A DNA stretch of 63,586 nt, counting the filler, from Chrysochromulina tobinii (lineage: Eukaryota): the NCBI GenBank assembly GCA_001275005.1. It is 6 parts of 6 records of this genome, joined end to end, with 100 filler letters (N's around TTAATTAATTAA, not from the genome) between each part and the next. Parts side by side here need not be neighbours in the genome. Positions count along the whole stretch, not along the records: positions 1 to 17,591 come from JWZX01001263.1; positions 17,692 to 32,391 come from JWZX01001264.1; 4 more parts are not named here. One strand, 5' to 3'. How positions within the stretch are numbered: the stretch's first letter is position 1; each line of letters opens with the position of its first letter. The notes beneath the pieces were generated by a model. The model was not told where the DNA came from, searched no databases, and worked only from the letters and a program-made list of their open reading frames with translations. The translations under genes were made by a program, and so were the position numbers. This document shows positions 11,501-22,773 of this stretch, piece after piece.

Positions 11501-12430
11501 CCACGCGCATGGAGTCGCTTGATGACGTGCCCATCTCGCAAGCGAACGCCAAGCAGAGGCGCGGGCGCGCAGGCCGCTGCCGGCCGGGCGTCGCCTTCCA
11601 CCTCGTCACTAAGCGCACGCTCGACGCGGCGCCCACGCACCAGGCGCCCGAGGTGCAGCGCATGCCTCTCGACCGGCTCATCCTCGCAATTAAGGCGCTC
11701 AACTACGATCGCTCCGCCGCGAACGTGTGCGCGGCCCTCATCGAGCCGCCCTCGCCCGCAGCTGTGCAGCGCTCGATCGCCGAACCTGTGCGACCTCGAG
11801 GCTCTCTCCCGCACGACAGTCAAGGTGAAGCCAGCTGTCGAGGCGGAGGACGGCAAGGAGGCGCAGGAGGCGGAGTTTGAGATCGGAGAGGAGCTCACGT
11901 CCCTGGGCCTGCACCTGTCGCGCCTGCCTGTGGACGTGCACATTGGCAAGCTCATCTTGCTCGGTGCGATCTTCAACAGGACAAACGACGTGTTGACGAT
12001 CGCCGCGACCCTCTCGACACGCACGCCATTCCTCTCGCCGGTGCAGCGACGCGAGGAGGCCGATCAAGCCAAGCGGCGATTCGCCTTCAACCAGAGCGAC
12101 CACTTGACCATGCTCCGGGCTTACAATGAGTGGGACGCGCTCAGCGGCAATGCCAAGTTCGACTTTTGCCGCGAGAACTTTCTGGGTGTGCGCACTCTCC
12201 AGTCGATCTCAGGCCTCAAGCGGCAGCTGCTTGAGCTGCTCTGTGATGCGGGTTTCGTCAAGTCGTCGACGCCGTTGCGCGTGCGGGCTGTCGAAGCGCT
12301 TGGCCGGCGCGAAGATGGCTCGGACGGGGTCAAGCTCGCGCTCGTGGGCTTCCTTAGCGGCGAGGGCGTCTGCCCGCACTGCAGCAAGGTAGGGCACACG
12401 CCCTCCACGTGCCCCGTCAGGCTCTACGCT

Positions 12431-12473
<43 letters not shown>

Positions 12474-12892
12474 GCCGCCCCGAGGGGTACGGCGAGTGCA
12501 TGGCGTGCCACCAGTGCGCTGCGGGCGAGTTTGACGAGGACAGCTGTCTGTACTGCATGGATTGCTGGGCCTTGTGGCGGCAGGAGGCCGGCGCGCAGGA
12601 CATGGGCGGCGGCATGGGCGGCGGCATGGGCGGCATGCATGGCCAAATGAGCGCCCAGATGGGCGGCCAGATGGGCAGCGGCATGATGCAGTCGCCCCCG
12701 CCTCCCAGCATGCCTGGTATGGACGAGCACATGCTGCGGCAGATGGGCGGGATGCACCCGCAGATGCAGATGCAGATGCAGATGCAGCAACAGCAGCAGG
12801 TGCAGCAGCAGCAACAATTCCAGCAGCAGCAGCAACAGCAACAGCAGTTTCAGCAGCAGCAGCAATTTCAGCAGCAGCAGCAACAGCAATTT

Positions 12893-12936
<44 letters not shown>

Positions 12937-12978
12937 CCAATTTCAGCAGCAGCAGCAGCAGCAGATGCAGCAGCAGAT

Positions 12979-13028
<50 letters not shown>

Positions 13029-14198
13029 TGGGCCTGGGCATGGGCGGCGCCGCCGGCGGCCCCCATGTTGGCCGGTCTCGTCAACGGCCTACCGCCTCCT
13101 GTACGGGTGGGCATGGTCAACGGCGTGATGCCGTCCAATGGTGGTGCCATGGGCGGCCTGCCGGGCATGGGCGGTGGCATGGGTGGCGCGATGGGCGCCG
13201 CGATGGGTCAATTGCAGATGGGTGGCCAAATGGGAGCCCTCGGTATTGGGGCGTGTGGGCTGATGGGTGGGCCGTTGGGCGGTCAGGGTGCCATGCCGCC
13301 ACCGCCGCCGGGGGGCGTGATGGCACCCCAGCCGCCGGGTGGACCGATGGGCGGCGGCATGTTTGGAGGCATGGGTGGCATGGGTGGCATGGGCGGCATG
13401 GGCGGCATGGGTGGCGGCGTGGGCGGTGGCATGGGTGGCGGCATGGGGGGCGGTATGGGTGGCCAGATGGGTGGCCCGATGGGTGGCCCGATGGGTACCC
13501 CCCTGATGAGCAGCTCCGCTAGCTTTGAGTCGGGGCTGAGCAGCTTCGGTGCTGCAGAGGCGGAGCGGCTAAGGCTCAACGAGGCGGCGGCGGCGCAGAT
13601 GGACGCAGACGGCAAGCTGCTCGTGGGCCTCCTGTGCGCGGCACTCTATCCGCAGGTGATCGCCCTTGAGCGCGAGGAGACGAAGAAGAAAAAGGGCATG
13701 AACGCGCCCGTCAAGCTGCGCATCCGCGACCGCAACGAGGACGGCACCGGCGCGTCGGACCCTGTCGAGGTGGCCCTGCACCCGTCCTCGGTCAACGCGT
13801 CGCACGAAAAGGCGATCGCCTCATCATACCTGATCTACCACGAGAAGGTGCGCACGACGCGCGTATATGTGCGCGACTGCTCGCCCGTCTCCGCGTACGC
13901 GCTCATCCTCTTCGGCGGAGTTCTTTCTTCCCAGCCGGGTGTGCCGCCGCCGCCGCCGCCGGTGACCAAAAAGAATCGGCACCGGCCGCCACCGCCCCAA
14001 GTGGCCAAAGACGGCATCCTGGTCATCGACGGCTGGATTATGTTCTCAGTCTCCGTGCAAGAGCAGCGGCTGCTGCTCGGCGTGCGACAGAAGCTCGACG
14101 AGCTGCTCGCCTCCAAAATTGATTCTCCCGAGCTCGAGGTGGCCGAGGCGGGCAAGGAACTGCTCAGCGCGGTCTCGCAGGTGCTCGCCTCCAATTAA
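8501..14198 (+). CDS. DEAH/RHA RNA helicase (DHX57/DHX36/DHX29-like) with zinc fingers; intron 9686-9870; apparent single-base frameshifts near 11785 and 13064
   Basis: [53 protein letters not shown]2 region SDHLTML, OB-like HPSSVN...[12 protein letters not shown]. Two U1/matrin-type CxxC...HCxGxxH fingers at the N-terminus. Confidence 0.88.
12762..13030 (+). repeat. CAG/CAA polyglutamine tract inside the helicase
   Basis: Long CAG-rich run encoding QMQMQ...QQQFQQQ..., flanked by GGM repeats. Confidence 0.95.
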
Positions 14199-14657
14199 GC
14201 TAGGTCTCGCGTCCAAACAAGGCAGGCACTCGCAGCCTATATGCAGCGAGATGCACGCGATGAAGGTGAGAGCGCACGGGATGGACAGGGCCACGGGCCG
14301 GTGGACGGGCCGCGGAGCCGATCGAGGAGCGAGAAGCGAGAAGCTGCCGTTGCGCGCATGCGCACAGCAGGATGGCGGGCTGAGGGAACAAGCCTTTATG
14401 TACAACAAAGGCGGCGGGATCGCGTAGGTGCGCGGCGTGAGAAGCAGAACAGGGCCGGATGGGGTTTTGTTTCGTTATTTGTGTGTCGGAGCTTATTTGT
14501 AGTGTCGGAGGAGGGTCGAAACACTGCCACTGGGGCGTGTGGCGTGGCGACTGTGCAAGTTTTCACGATGCATCGTGGAAACGTAGTCCGCCCCCTGCTC
14601 GGTGAAACTCATCGTAGCGTCCTCGCCCTCGAAGCCTCCTCGTCATCCTTCTTCGCC

Positions 14658-16172
14658 TTACTGCTCCTCATCCGCGCCTTCCTCCTCGTCCTCGTCCTCG
14701 TCCTCCTCCTCGACGTCCTCCTCCTCGTCCTCCTCCTCCTCGTCCTCCTCCTCCTCGTCCTCCTCGTCCTCCTCGTCCTCGCCTTCCTCCTCATCGCTCT
14801 CGACACTCTCTCCTCCTCCTCCTCCTCCTCCTTGGACTGCTGCTCTCTTCGCAAGCTCCTGATCCAACCATTCCGCTGCCAACCTCGCTACTGGCGGCTC
14901 AACCGTTCGAGATGAAGTGTCCGAAACAGTCAAGGCGACGGCCACTGCCGCGCCCTTGAGCGTTCGCTCAAAAGCGGTGCGATCGAGCCCATACGCAAGC
15001 ACTCTGGAGACCAATGCATCCTTCAGACCCGCCGCTTCGTTGCCATACTTCAACTCACCCTGCGTGTTGCGACGGTATGCCAATTGATAGCATGCGGCAA
15101 GGAGTTCCCATGCGCGCGCCCTGCAGCTTGCTGGCCAGAGTGAATGAGACGCCGCATGCCACGGCATGCAAGCGGCAGCTACCAACTGAGCGGCCTCGTA
15201 CCCGGCCGTCCCCGATCCACGCTGCAAACTGCAAAAGGCACGCGATTGAAGGAATGCGTCCTGCTCTCGGCCACCCACGCGAAGCAGGGCCTTGCATTGC
15301 GAGGCAGAAAGGAGCTCGAGATAGTGCAACGGCGACGTATGGTTGCGTGTGCGGCGAAGCCAACGGCAGACAGTAGGGTAGCCAGCCGACTCTTGAATGG
15401 CTGTCGGAGCACCGGCCAGCTCTCGATTGGCACCATGCAAACACAGCTCCTGCACGTTGCGCAGATGGCCTTGACGTGCCGCTAAGAGAAGCGGCGTATT
15501 TCCGAAGCCATCTGTTTGGTCGATGTCGGCGCCCGCTTGCAGAAGGAACCGCATGCAGCGGACATAGTTGCGCTCTGAGTCGGCATGATCCGGGGGTTGA
15601 CGAGCAGCGTCATGCAAGGGCGTGCATCCATTTGCAGCCGCCGCCACCAGGCTAGCCCCCGCCCCGAGCTCATGCAGCGAACGCAAGCAGCTCACGTGGC
15701 CTTTCAGAGCAGCAAGATGCGCCGGGGCCCTTTCATCTGCATCCGCCGCCGACAGGCTGGCCGCCGCCCCGAGCTCATGCAGGGCATGCAAGCAGCTCAC
15801 GTGGCCTTTCAGAGCAGCAAGATGCGCGGGCATCCTTCCTTTTGCATCCGTCGCCGACAGGCTAGCCGCCGCCCCGAGCTCATGCAGCGCATGCAAGAAG
15901 CTCACGTGGCCTTCCATGGCAGCGAGATGCGCGGGCGTCTTTCCATCTGCATCCGCTGCCGACAGGCTGGCCGCGGCCCCGAGCTCATGCAGCGCACGCA
16001 AGCAGCTCACGTGCCCTTCCATAGCAGCGAGATGCGCGGGCGTCATTTTATGTGCACCCACCGCCGACAGGCTGGCCGCCGCCCCGAGCTCATGCAGCGC
16101 ACGCAAGCGGTGCACGTGCCCTTCCATAGCAGCGAGATGCGCGGGCGTCCATCCATTTTCATTCGTGGCCAT
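14658..16172 (-). CDS. Ankyrin-repeat protein with acidic C-terminal tail
   Basis: Five near-identical 35-aa repeats TPAHLAAMEGHVSCLRALHELGAAASLSA, two further ankyrin repeats, poly-E/D tail. Confidence 0.85.
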   Translation of the reverse strand: MATNENGWTPAHLAAMEGHVHRLRALHELGAAASLSAVGAHKMTPAHLAAMEGHVSCLRALHELGAAASLSAADADGKTPAHLAAMEGHVSFLHALHELGAAASLSATDAKGRMPAHLAALKGHVSCLHALHELGAAASLSAADADERAPAHLAALKGHVSCLRSLHELGAGASLVAAAANGCTPLHDAARQPPDHADSERNYVRCMRFLLQAGADIDQTDGFGNTPLLLAARQGHLRNVQELCLHGANRELAGAPTAIQESAGYPTVCRWLRRTRNHTSPLHYLELLSASQCKALLRVGGREQDAFLQSRAFCSLQRGSGTAGYEAAQLVAAACMPWHAASHSLWPASCRARAWELLAACYQLAYRRNTQGELKYGNEAAGLKDALVSRVLAYGLDRTAFERTLKGAAVAVALTVSDTSSRTVEPPVARLAAEWLDQELAKRAAVQGGGGGGGESVESDEEEGEDEEDEEDEEEEDEEEEDEEEDVEEEDEDEDEEEGADEEQ

Positions 16173-16459
16173 GAGGTTGCCAAGCGCAAGATCGCGAATA
16201 ATTTTGTCGTCTCTCCCTTTGCAGCAGCATTGTGCTCAGAAACCCTTTTCCATAAAAGGTTACTGCTGCTGCTGTGAAACACACACCGCGCGCGCTCTCC
16301 GGACCCCCAAGCACGGGGGCCGCTATCGCAATGGACGGAGGCGGTTACTGTTTTGCCGTGTTGGTTAGAATTCCTTCAGAGTGTTTGGGGCAACTTTTCA
16401 CTAGCCTCTCGTCCCCGGATACGTTCTCACACGGCCTTGCTGGAGGCGAGGCTTTGAGT

Positions 16460-17591
16460 TCAAATAATATCATGGCTGCTCACCGCGCTTCCGCTCTTGC
16501 TCACGCTTCGAGCACGCTCCATTGCGGCGGTATTGCGCGTCCCGCTCGCCGGCTGGGGGTGCGATGGAGGGCTCATGTCGGCGCCTGAGTGGGTCATTGT
16601 GCGAGTGAGCTTGCGCTCGTGCGGACTGGCACCGCCTGACTCACCGCCTGACTCGACGACCATCCCAGCGCGCGGGGTCTCGCCCGCTTGCTTCTTCTTG
16701 ATGTTCTTGTAGGCCCAGTAGCACAGGCAGAAGATGCCGGGGACGAGCACGAAGATGACGAACCCCACCCCGATGCCGGCGCCAACGTCGACGGCCCGGG
16801 ACAGGCCGGCGGCACTCGTCGTCGGCACGAGATCAATCGAGATCGAGGCTCGCGTCGAGGAGAACGAGACGCGCTGACCGATGAGCCCGCACGCGACCGG
16901 TACACCCGAAGGGTCGTGGATCACGAATGCGCGGAGCGAAACAGGCTGGGAGCGCGAGAGGCTGTAGCCGGGCACGAGGACCCCTACACTGCCCGGTGAC
17001 GTCGAGCCAAGTGACATGTTGAGCTGGACAACACCCTGAGTGTCGGTGGTGTAGAGAGGAGCTTGCTGCCACGGGTCGTACGGGCCGCCAAAATACGTGT
17101 CCATGATCCCTGCGGCGTCGGTGCAGCTCGTGCCTGCATGCACGTGCCACCTGCCGCTCTGCGAAGCGGGCAGGCCGGTGAGCGTGCCGCCCAGAACGAC
17201 GCTCGACGCGCCGCTGCTGCTCTGGGTCGCATCAGCGACGATGAGGAGGCCACGCACGTCAAGGGAGCCGGTATAGCCAGGGTAACGTGAGAGCGTGAGT
17301 GGCATGCCGCGTGCAGGCTCGATGACGCCACACGCGACCTTTACGTTTGCAGCGTCGTGGATGACGACGGTCCTTCCGAGCACGGCATGGGCGCCGCCGA
17401 TTCCCCGCAGCGCGCCGTCGCGGCTCAGGCCGTAGCCCGAGACAGAGTCCGCGAATTCGGCCACGCCGTTCGCATCACTCGCCCAGCGGCTCGCGATCCA
17501 AACGTCGGCCCCACCTGTCGGGTAGAAGTGCCCGCCCACTAAGTTGGAGCTGGCGCACGAGTAGCCGGTGTGCACGTGCCAACCGCCGGCC
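16460..17591 (-). CDS. Membrane-anchored Cu/Zn-SOD-fold repeat protein (at least 2 domains, 5' truncated by gap)
   Basis: GWHVHTGYSC...GGHF...GRTVVIHD...VACGVI and WHVHAGTSC...RAFVIHD...VACGLI, then TM helix GIGVGFVIFVLVPGIFCLCYW and KKK. Confidence 0.85.
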
Positions 17592-17691
17592 NNNNNNNNN
17601 NNNNNNNNNNNNNNNNNNNNNNNNNNNNNNNNNNNTTAATTAATTAANNNNNNNNNNNNNNNNNNNNNNNNNNNNNNNNNNNNNNNNNNNN
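17592..17691. other. Assembly linker (also at 32392-32491, 54467-54566, 57622-57721, 61025-61124)
   Basis: N44-TTAATTAATTAA-N44, a six-frame stop spacer. Confidence 0.98.
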
Positions 17692-18121
17692 AGCCCGGCA
17701 GCAACGCTCCGTGCCCGCCCCTTAGACAAAAAGAGGGTCGCTAGAACTCGGGAAACCTGGGACGAATTTTCACAAGGTGCAGACGGGCGGTCGCAGAGCC
17801 GAGTCGGACTGTGCGCGCTTAGTGCGCGCTCTCACAATACTTTCAGAGAAGGTGAAGGCTAACGCACAACGGTGGATCTGTTGGTTATATTAAGCTTATA
17901 TTAAGCTAAAAAACGTAAAACCCTAAACCGCGCCGGACGATTGCAAGCCGGCGGAGCGAACGCGAACGCCCGCGGTGGTGCATGTTGATGAATGTTGACG
18001 AAACGAATGGGGAAATTCCTGAGTCGAGATCGACAAGGTTCCCTGCCGGCCGGCGAGGCGCGTTCTCCGGTGGAGCAGCCCGCCCATCGCGTCGTATTGG
18101 GCACAGGAGGACTTTCGTCTC

Positions 18122-18976
18122 ATGTTTTTTGCCGCGAGCCTCGTCTCCGCAGCCGCCCTCTCCGTCCCCTGCGCACTCGACGGCTCCACGGGCGCGCACG
18201 CGACCGTTCACGTCGTAACTATCCAGGTTGAACCACCAGCGCTCGTGCCAGGCCACAGCGCCTGCATCGACGTCGCCGTCAGGTCATTGGTGCCGATCAC
18301 AGCCGGATGGAGCTTGCATGTGGCGCACGACCTTCTCGGTGACCTTGAGTTCGAGGTATGCGAGACCGATGCGCCCATGCGGCTGCCAAGCCGCGTGGGA
18401 GCCAAGTGTCCCGTCGCACCAGGCACCAACGTGAGCGGCCGCATGTGCCTGGCGGTGCCTCTAGCCGCGATGGTGCACTCAGGCGAGGCGACCGATCTGT
18501 CGATATCGTGGGCGGACGCTTCGGGCAAGCCCACGGCGTGCGTCCGGGTAGCAGTCAGCATCGCTGGGGAGGTGGCCGTCGATGAGCAAGTCGAGGCGCT
18601 AGCTGCTGATGTCCGCCAGCGCCTGCACCGCGCATTGGCAGAGGTAACCAAGCGGTCGAGCGCAGCCGCGCCCGCCGCCTCGGCTGCCGAGGCCGCGGGA
18701 GCAGCAACACACGGACCCAACCCAACCGCACTGCGGCAGGCGGTGCGGCCGCTGCTGCTGCAGGTGTACGATGCGCAGCCCGAGTGGGCCGAAGCGTTCG
18801 CGCGATGGCAGAGAGCGCATCGGAAGAAGTACCACGCCGACGAGGCTGAGGCGGCCGCCTTCACCGCCTTTCGCGATAACGTGCTCGCCGCCGTGCGATC
18901 GGGCCGACCGCTCGCGCTCGACGAGCGCTCCGATTTGAGCGGCGAGACCCGAAGGACTCTGAGCCACTTTGCATGA
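18122..18976 (+). CDS. Secreted protein: ML (MD-2-like lipid recognition)-like domain plus cathepsin propeptide inhibitor I29-like domain
   Basis: Signal peptide; C...VEPPALVPG...EVCE...KCPVAPG...PTACVRV; C-terminal FARWQRAHRKKY...AFTAFRDNV...LDERSDLS. Confidence 0.7.
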   Translation: MFFAASLVSAAALSVPCALDGSTGAHATVHVVTIQVEPPALVPGHSACIDVAVRSLVPITAGWSLHVAHDLLGDLEFEVCETDAPMRLPSRVGAKCPVAPGTNVSGRMCLAVPLAAMVHSGEATDLSISWADASGKPTACVRVAVSIAGEVAVDEQVEALAADVRQRLHRALAEVTKRSSAAAPAASAAEAAGAATHGPNPTALRQAVRPLLLQVYDAQPEWAEAFARWQRAHRKKYHADEAEAAAFTAFRDNVLAAVRSGRPLALDERSDLSGETRRTLSHFA

Positions 18977-19224
18977 TGAGACGCGTGAGTTAGACGGCCC
19001 TGTTGGGCGATCGCGTATACACTAGATCAAAGTGTTCAGCGCGCCGGCGCGCACATCAGGGCCACGCGCGCCGAACTCGGGCTCGGCCCGTTCTGTGGTG
19101 CACTCTGTGCAGGAGCCGGAACTTTTATTTTTTATATCGCAAGTTTTAACTACTAATGTTAGCGGATATACATATAGCCACTGGAAACAGGAAAGCGACC
19201 GTGTGGGTCACGCCCGCGTGAGCG

Positions 19225-19906
19225 TCATCGATCGATAAGCGAAGTCTTCATGGCAGCTTTATCACTTTCGACCCTTTTCTTCTGCGCACGCATCGCCACC
19301 AGGCCTTCCTCAAACTGCTCCAGAACGAGGGTGATTTCACGACGATCCGCCTCGACCAAGATGCTCTCATCAGTCATGAATACGCCAAGCTTGTCCTTGT
19401 CCTCGCGATTGGTAGCGCGTGCGAAGCGATTCTTCTGCGCCATGCGAATACTTTTCAGCCGATCCTGTTGCGGCGATATCGGAGCAGATGCAGAGTCAGT
19501 TAGGCATGGACCAGACGACGGCTGGTGCAAAAGGCGATCCATGGCCGATTCGCCGTGCATGCGGAGGTGGTTGTCAGCGATTCACAGGATTTGCATCGCA
19601 GAGAGCACATCTTGGCGGGCCACAGTACGACAGTGCTGAGATTGAGCACACCTCCTCCATCTGCTCCACCTTGCGTAGCTTTCTCAAATCGGTCAGCATC
19701 TGCTTCTCCTCCTGCTCCTCGCGCTCCAGCTCACGCTCATCTTCCTGAGTGGATCCATCCAGAACTAGACCATCCAGCGCTGGGCATGCGCCAACCATAG
19801 CGGCAGAGCAAGCGGCTGCTCCGGCGGTGATTATCCCTCGTCGGGGCAGCGGCCGAGCACTCGGAAGGGCGGTGGCGATGGCCAAGAGAAGCAGGCCCAC
19901 AGGCAT
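19225..19906 (-). CDS. Hypothetical coiled-coil protein, probably plastid-targeted (intron 19465-19651)
   Basis: Signal peptide and RR motif. GAG|GTGTGC...CAACAG|GAT joins the two ORFs in frame into a charged helical protein. Confidence 0.6.
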
Positions 19907-20118
19907 TCTCTGAAGGGCCGACCGAGTTCGAGAGATGACGAAAGTACAACTTTGGAGATCGCGAGAGATTTTTCTTCATGGATGCAGAGGAACTGAATAA
20001 CGGCATCAGTACATCAGCTGCGATGGACTGTGGTTGTGGGAGCAATGCTTGTTTGCACTTTTTACACTTGACGAGACATGAACGTGAACCGCGAAACGAC
20101 CGGACCCTTCCCAACACG

Positions 20119-20604
20119 ATGACCGTCCCAGGTCTGGACGCGCCGGCTCAGGCCATCCCAGACGGGGTGCCGAGTGAACTTGCGTCTCTGCTGGCAAAGG
20201 AAGATCCAACCGTAAGAATTATAGCGCAATCGTTCATGAACTCGGCGCACGCCATCAAGGAGAATGCGTTTCTGCTGCGCTCGCTGATGCCTGGCGGCAG
20301 GCCGCCGAAGCTCAAGCTTAACAAAGACGACGCGTCAAAGAGGGGGAGGAAGAAGAGGAAAACGGAGTCCTTGGACGGCGACGACATGGTCGAGAAGCCC
20401 GCAAAGAAGAAGCGAGCGGCGTCGGGCTACATTCTCTTTTCCAATCACATGAGGCCTAATGTGACGGGAACACCGCCAGCCATCATGAAGGAGCTCGGGT
20501 TCCTGTGGAATCAGTGCAGCGAGGAGAAAAAGGCGGAATGGAACGAGAAAGCGAAGACAACGGCAGCCGACGCTGACGCAGCGGGCGACGACGATGGCAA
20601 GTGA
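20119..20604 (+). CDS. HMG-box protein
   Basis: KKKRAASGYILFSNHMRP...IMKELGFLWNQCSEEKKAEWNEKA; basic NLS KRGRKKRK. Confidence 0.85.
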   Translation: MTVPGLDAPAQAIPDGVPSELASLLAKEDPTVRIIAQSFMNSAHAIKENAFLLRSLMPGGRPPKLKLNKDDASKRGRKKRKTESLDGDDMVEKPAKKKRAASGYILFSNHMRPNVTGTPPAIMKELGFLWNQCSEEKKAEWNEKAKTTAADADAAGDDDGK

Positions 20605-21072
20605 CAGCGATGAGTGAGACCAAGGACCGTCTGCGTGGCTACACGTAGCATTCTCTACACGTAGCGTTCTAGGATCTACGACCCCCGGCGGAGCCCAACT
20701 CTCGGAGCTGTGCGGACTCTTACCTATACCGAGCTTGCGGTGCGCATTGGCGGTGCTTCCCCGCCCGCATCGTGTCTGCAGGCGGCCTACCATAGATTGA
20801 GGCGACTTCAAGGAGACTCTCGGAGTCTCGGACACAGGATCCGGATACGAAATGTGACCTTGTGTAGTGTACTGTGATCGGTACCAAAACCATGAGAGCG
20901 CGGTGTTCTCTCAGTCCTAATGCAAATTGCGGAATATCCGGTAACATGCGATGCAATGGTAACTATTGTTTTATCATGGTTACCATTGTGGTTCGGTTTG
21001 TGCCAAATTTGAGCCATGGCATTCGGAGCGCATTGTCGATTGTTATACCATTGTTACCATTGTCGGTTAACG

Positions 21073-21377
21073 CCCGGTCGTTAACACCGCGTTAACGACC
21101 GGGGGAGCCGGACACACGATACAGTCTCACACGAACCACACAAACCGAACCACCTCAATAACCAAGTACCCCACCCCAGACCCACCAACTCAAGACGATG
21201 CTCCTTGCGCCAGACCACACCCGAACCGCCCGGAACGCACGCGTCGCCACAAACCACTCCACTCACCCAAGGGAGGTGGTGGTGACGGAGATGGCGACGG
21301 CGCCCAGACGAGGGAGCAGCGAGGGCGCGAGCGAGCACGACGTGTTTATACCGGTACCGGTGTGTCCCGGCTCCCCC
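21073..21377. repeat. Perfect 13-bp hairpin overlapping a pair of 17/18-bp inverted repeats (MITE-like)
   Basis: CCCGGTCGTTAAC-accgc-GTTAACGACCGGG (21073-21103). GGGGGAGCCGGACACAC (21101-21117) vs GTGTGTCCCGGCTCCCCC (21360-21377). Confidence 0.55.
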
Positions 21378-21564
21378 TTTTTACCGGCACCGGTACATGT
21401 AACTGCTCCCTTGCCCTTCTCTCTTGAATTGGCTGACCTATTTTCCAGTGGAAAGCCCAGCGAGCCAGGGTCGAATCGGCGTCCCGACGTGCAGTCCCGA
21501 CGATTCAAATTCACGAGGCATCCCTCTTGCCCCTCGCCACCACGCGCGAGCAGGTCTGATCGTC

Positions 21565-22773
21565 ATGTTGCCTTTTGCCAACCATTCGACCACAGCGCCG
21601 CGGCGTTCACTTGCATCGTTAGACTTCAGCTGCCCGTCCCTAGATCAGAGCACTAAGGAAATGCGCGCCAACGACCCTGTTGACTGTTGCTGCCGCATCA
21701 GCTGCAGTGGAACCAGGAGTTGTTCTTCAGCCTATGATGTGTGCCGCTCAGAGCTGCAGTGCACTAGTGTACGCCGTAGTGGAAACTGGGCGACGCTCAA
21801 GAGGGCACCACAATGGTGGATTCGAGCTCCAGGCCTGCAACAGTGCATGGATCTGGAAACTGACTTTGGATCTCGAAAAGAAGATCGGCAGCCGATGTTC
21901 AAAGCTTGGCGAAAGCATCACTGTGACGACTTCACTAACGGGGACCAACTTACAGTCAGTCGCAACCACAAGCTCATTTTTGACATCGGATTCCATTCAG
22001 GCGAAGATTCACTTTACTTCCTGAAGAAAGGCTATGACGTCGTTGCTGTCGATGCTAACCCATCACTGATCGAAGATGGGCTGTCCCGGCCAGTGATGCA
22101 TCTCGCAAGGCTATCAGGGCAGTTTCATGCTCTTGCGAGAGGAATAGTAGGCCGAGCCGCACAAGAGAATCAAACGCTGACTTTCTACGTGCATCGCAGC
22201 GTTACAGAGTGGAGTACCTTTGTTCCACCTTCACGCAGAACGAGGGGAGATTTCAGTGCGATTACCGTCCCCATCACGACCTGCGGCGACTTGATACGTC
22301 AATTTGGCACGCCATACTATATGAAGGTGCTGCGAGTGCCTCCACCCCATCACCCTTTTTTGCGGCTGTGCCGAGTGCCGCTGACGCACGGGAACGCATG
22401 CCGCCTATGCTCGGACATGCTGCAGGTTGATATCGAGGGTTTCGACAAGGAGTGCTTGCGATCCTTGGAAATTGGCCGATTGCCGACTTACTTGAGCACC
22501 GAGGATCCGCTGCAGCTGGACCACCTGCTTTCTCTGGGTTATCGCTCCTTCAGGATGGTATCCCAAAGTGTTGCCCGCCGCGGTGGTCGCCAATTTTCTG
22601 GTGGGGTGCCAGAAGAGATCAAGGTTGCTTGGGGGGAGGCTGCCAGCATCAGGACGCATCCCTTCTACTCAAGAGAGCACATGCACGAGCGGATGGACAT
22701 CCATGGGAATCGACTCCGCGAGGAGCACGATCTCCATGCAAGCTTGATCGTACATGGAACCAAATTTGCGTAA
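21565..22773 (+). CDS. FkbM-family SAM-dependent methyltransferase (intron 22327-22425; start uncertain)
   Basis: IFDIGFHSGEDS...VVAVDANP...YYMK|VDIEGFD after removing a 99-bp GT-AG intron. Confidence 0.85.
   Translation: MLPFANHSTTAPRRSLASLDFSCPSLDQSTKEMRANDPVDCCCRISCSGTRSCSSAYDVCRSELQCTSVRRSGNWATLKRAPQWWIRAPGLQQCMDLETDFGSRKEDRQPMFKAWRKHHCDDFTNGDQLTVSRNHKLIFDIGFHSGEDSLYFLKKGYDVVAVDANPSLIEDGLSRPVMHLARLSGQFHALARGIVGRAAQENQTLTFYVHRSVTEWSTFVPPSRRTRGDFSAITVPITTCGDLIRQFGTPYYMKVLRVPPPHHPFLRLCRVPLTHGNACRLCSDMLQVDIEGFDKECLRSLEIGRLPTYLSTEDPLQLDHLLSLGYRSFRMVSQSVARRGGRQFSGGVPEEIKVAWGEAASIRTHPFYSREHMHERMDIHGNRLREEHDLHASLIVHGTKFA

Noticed and set aside
17592..17691. TTAATTAATTAA palindrome within N runs, five times
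   Set aside because: Artificial six-frame-stop linker; ORFs ending in LIN or N at these sites are artefacts.
17918..17926. AAACCCTAA telomere/telo-box-like word
   Set aside because: Single copy; not enough to call.
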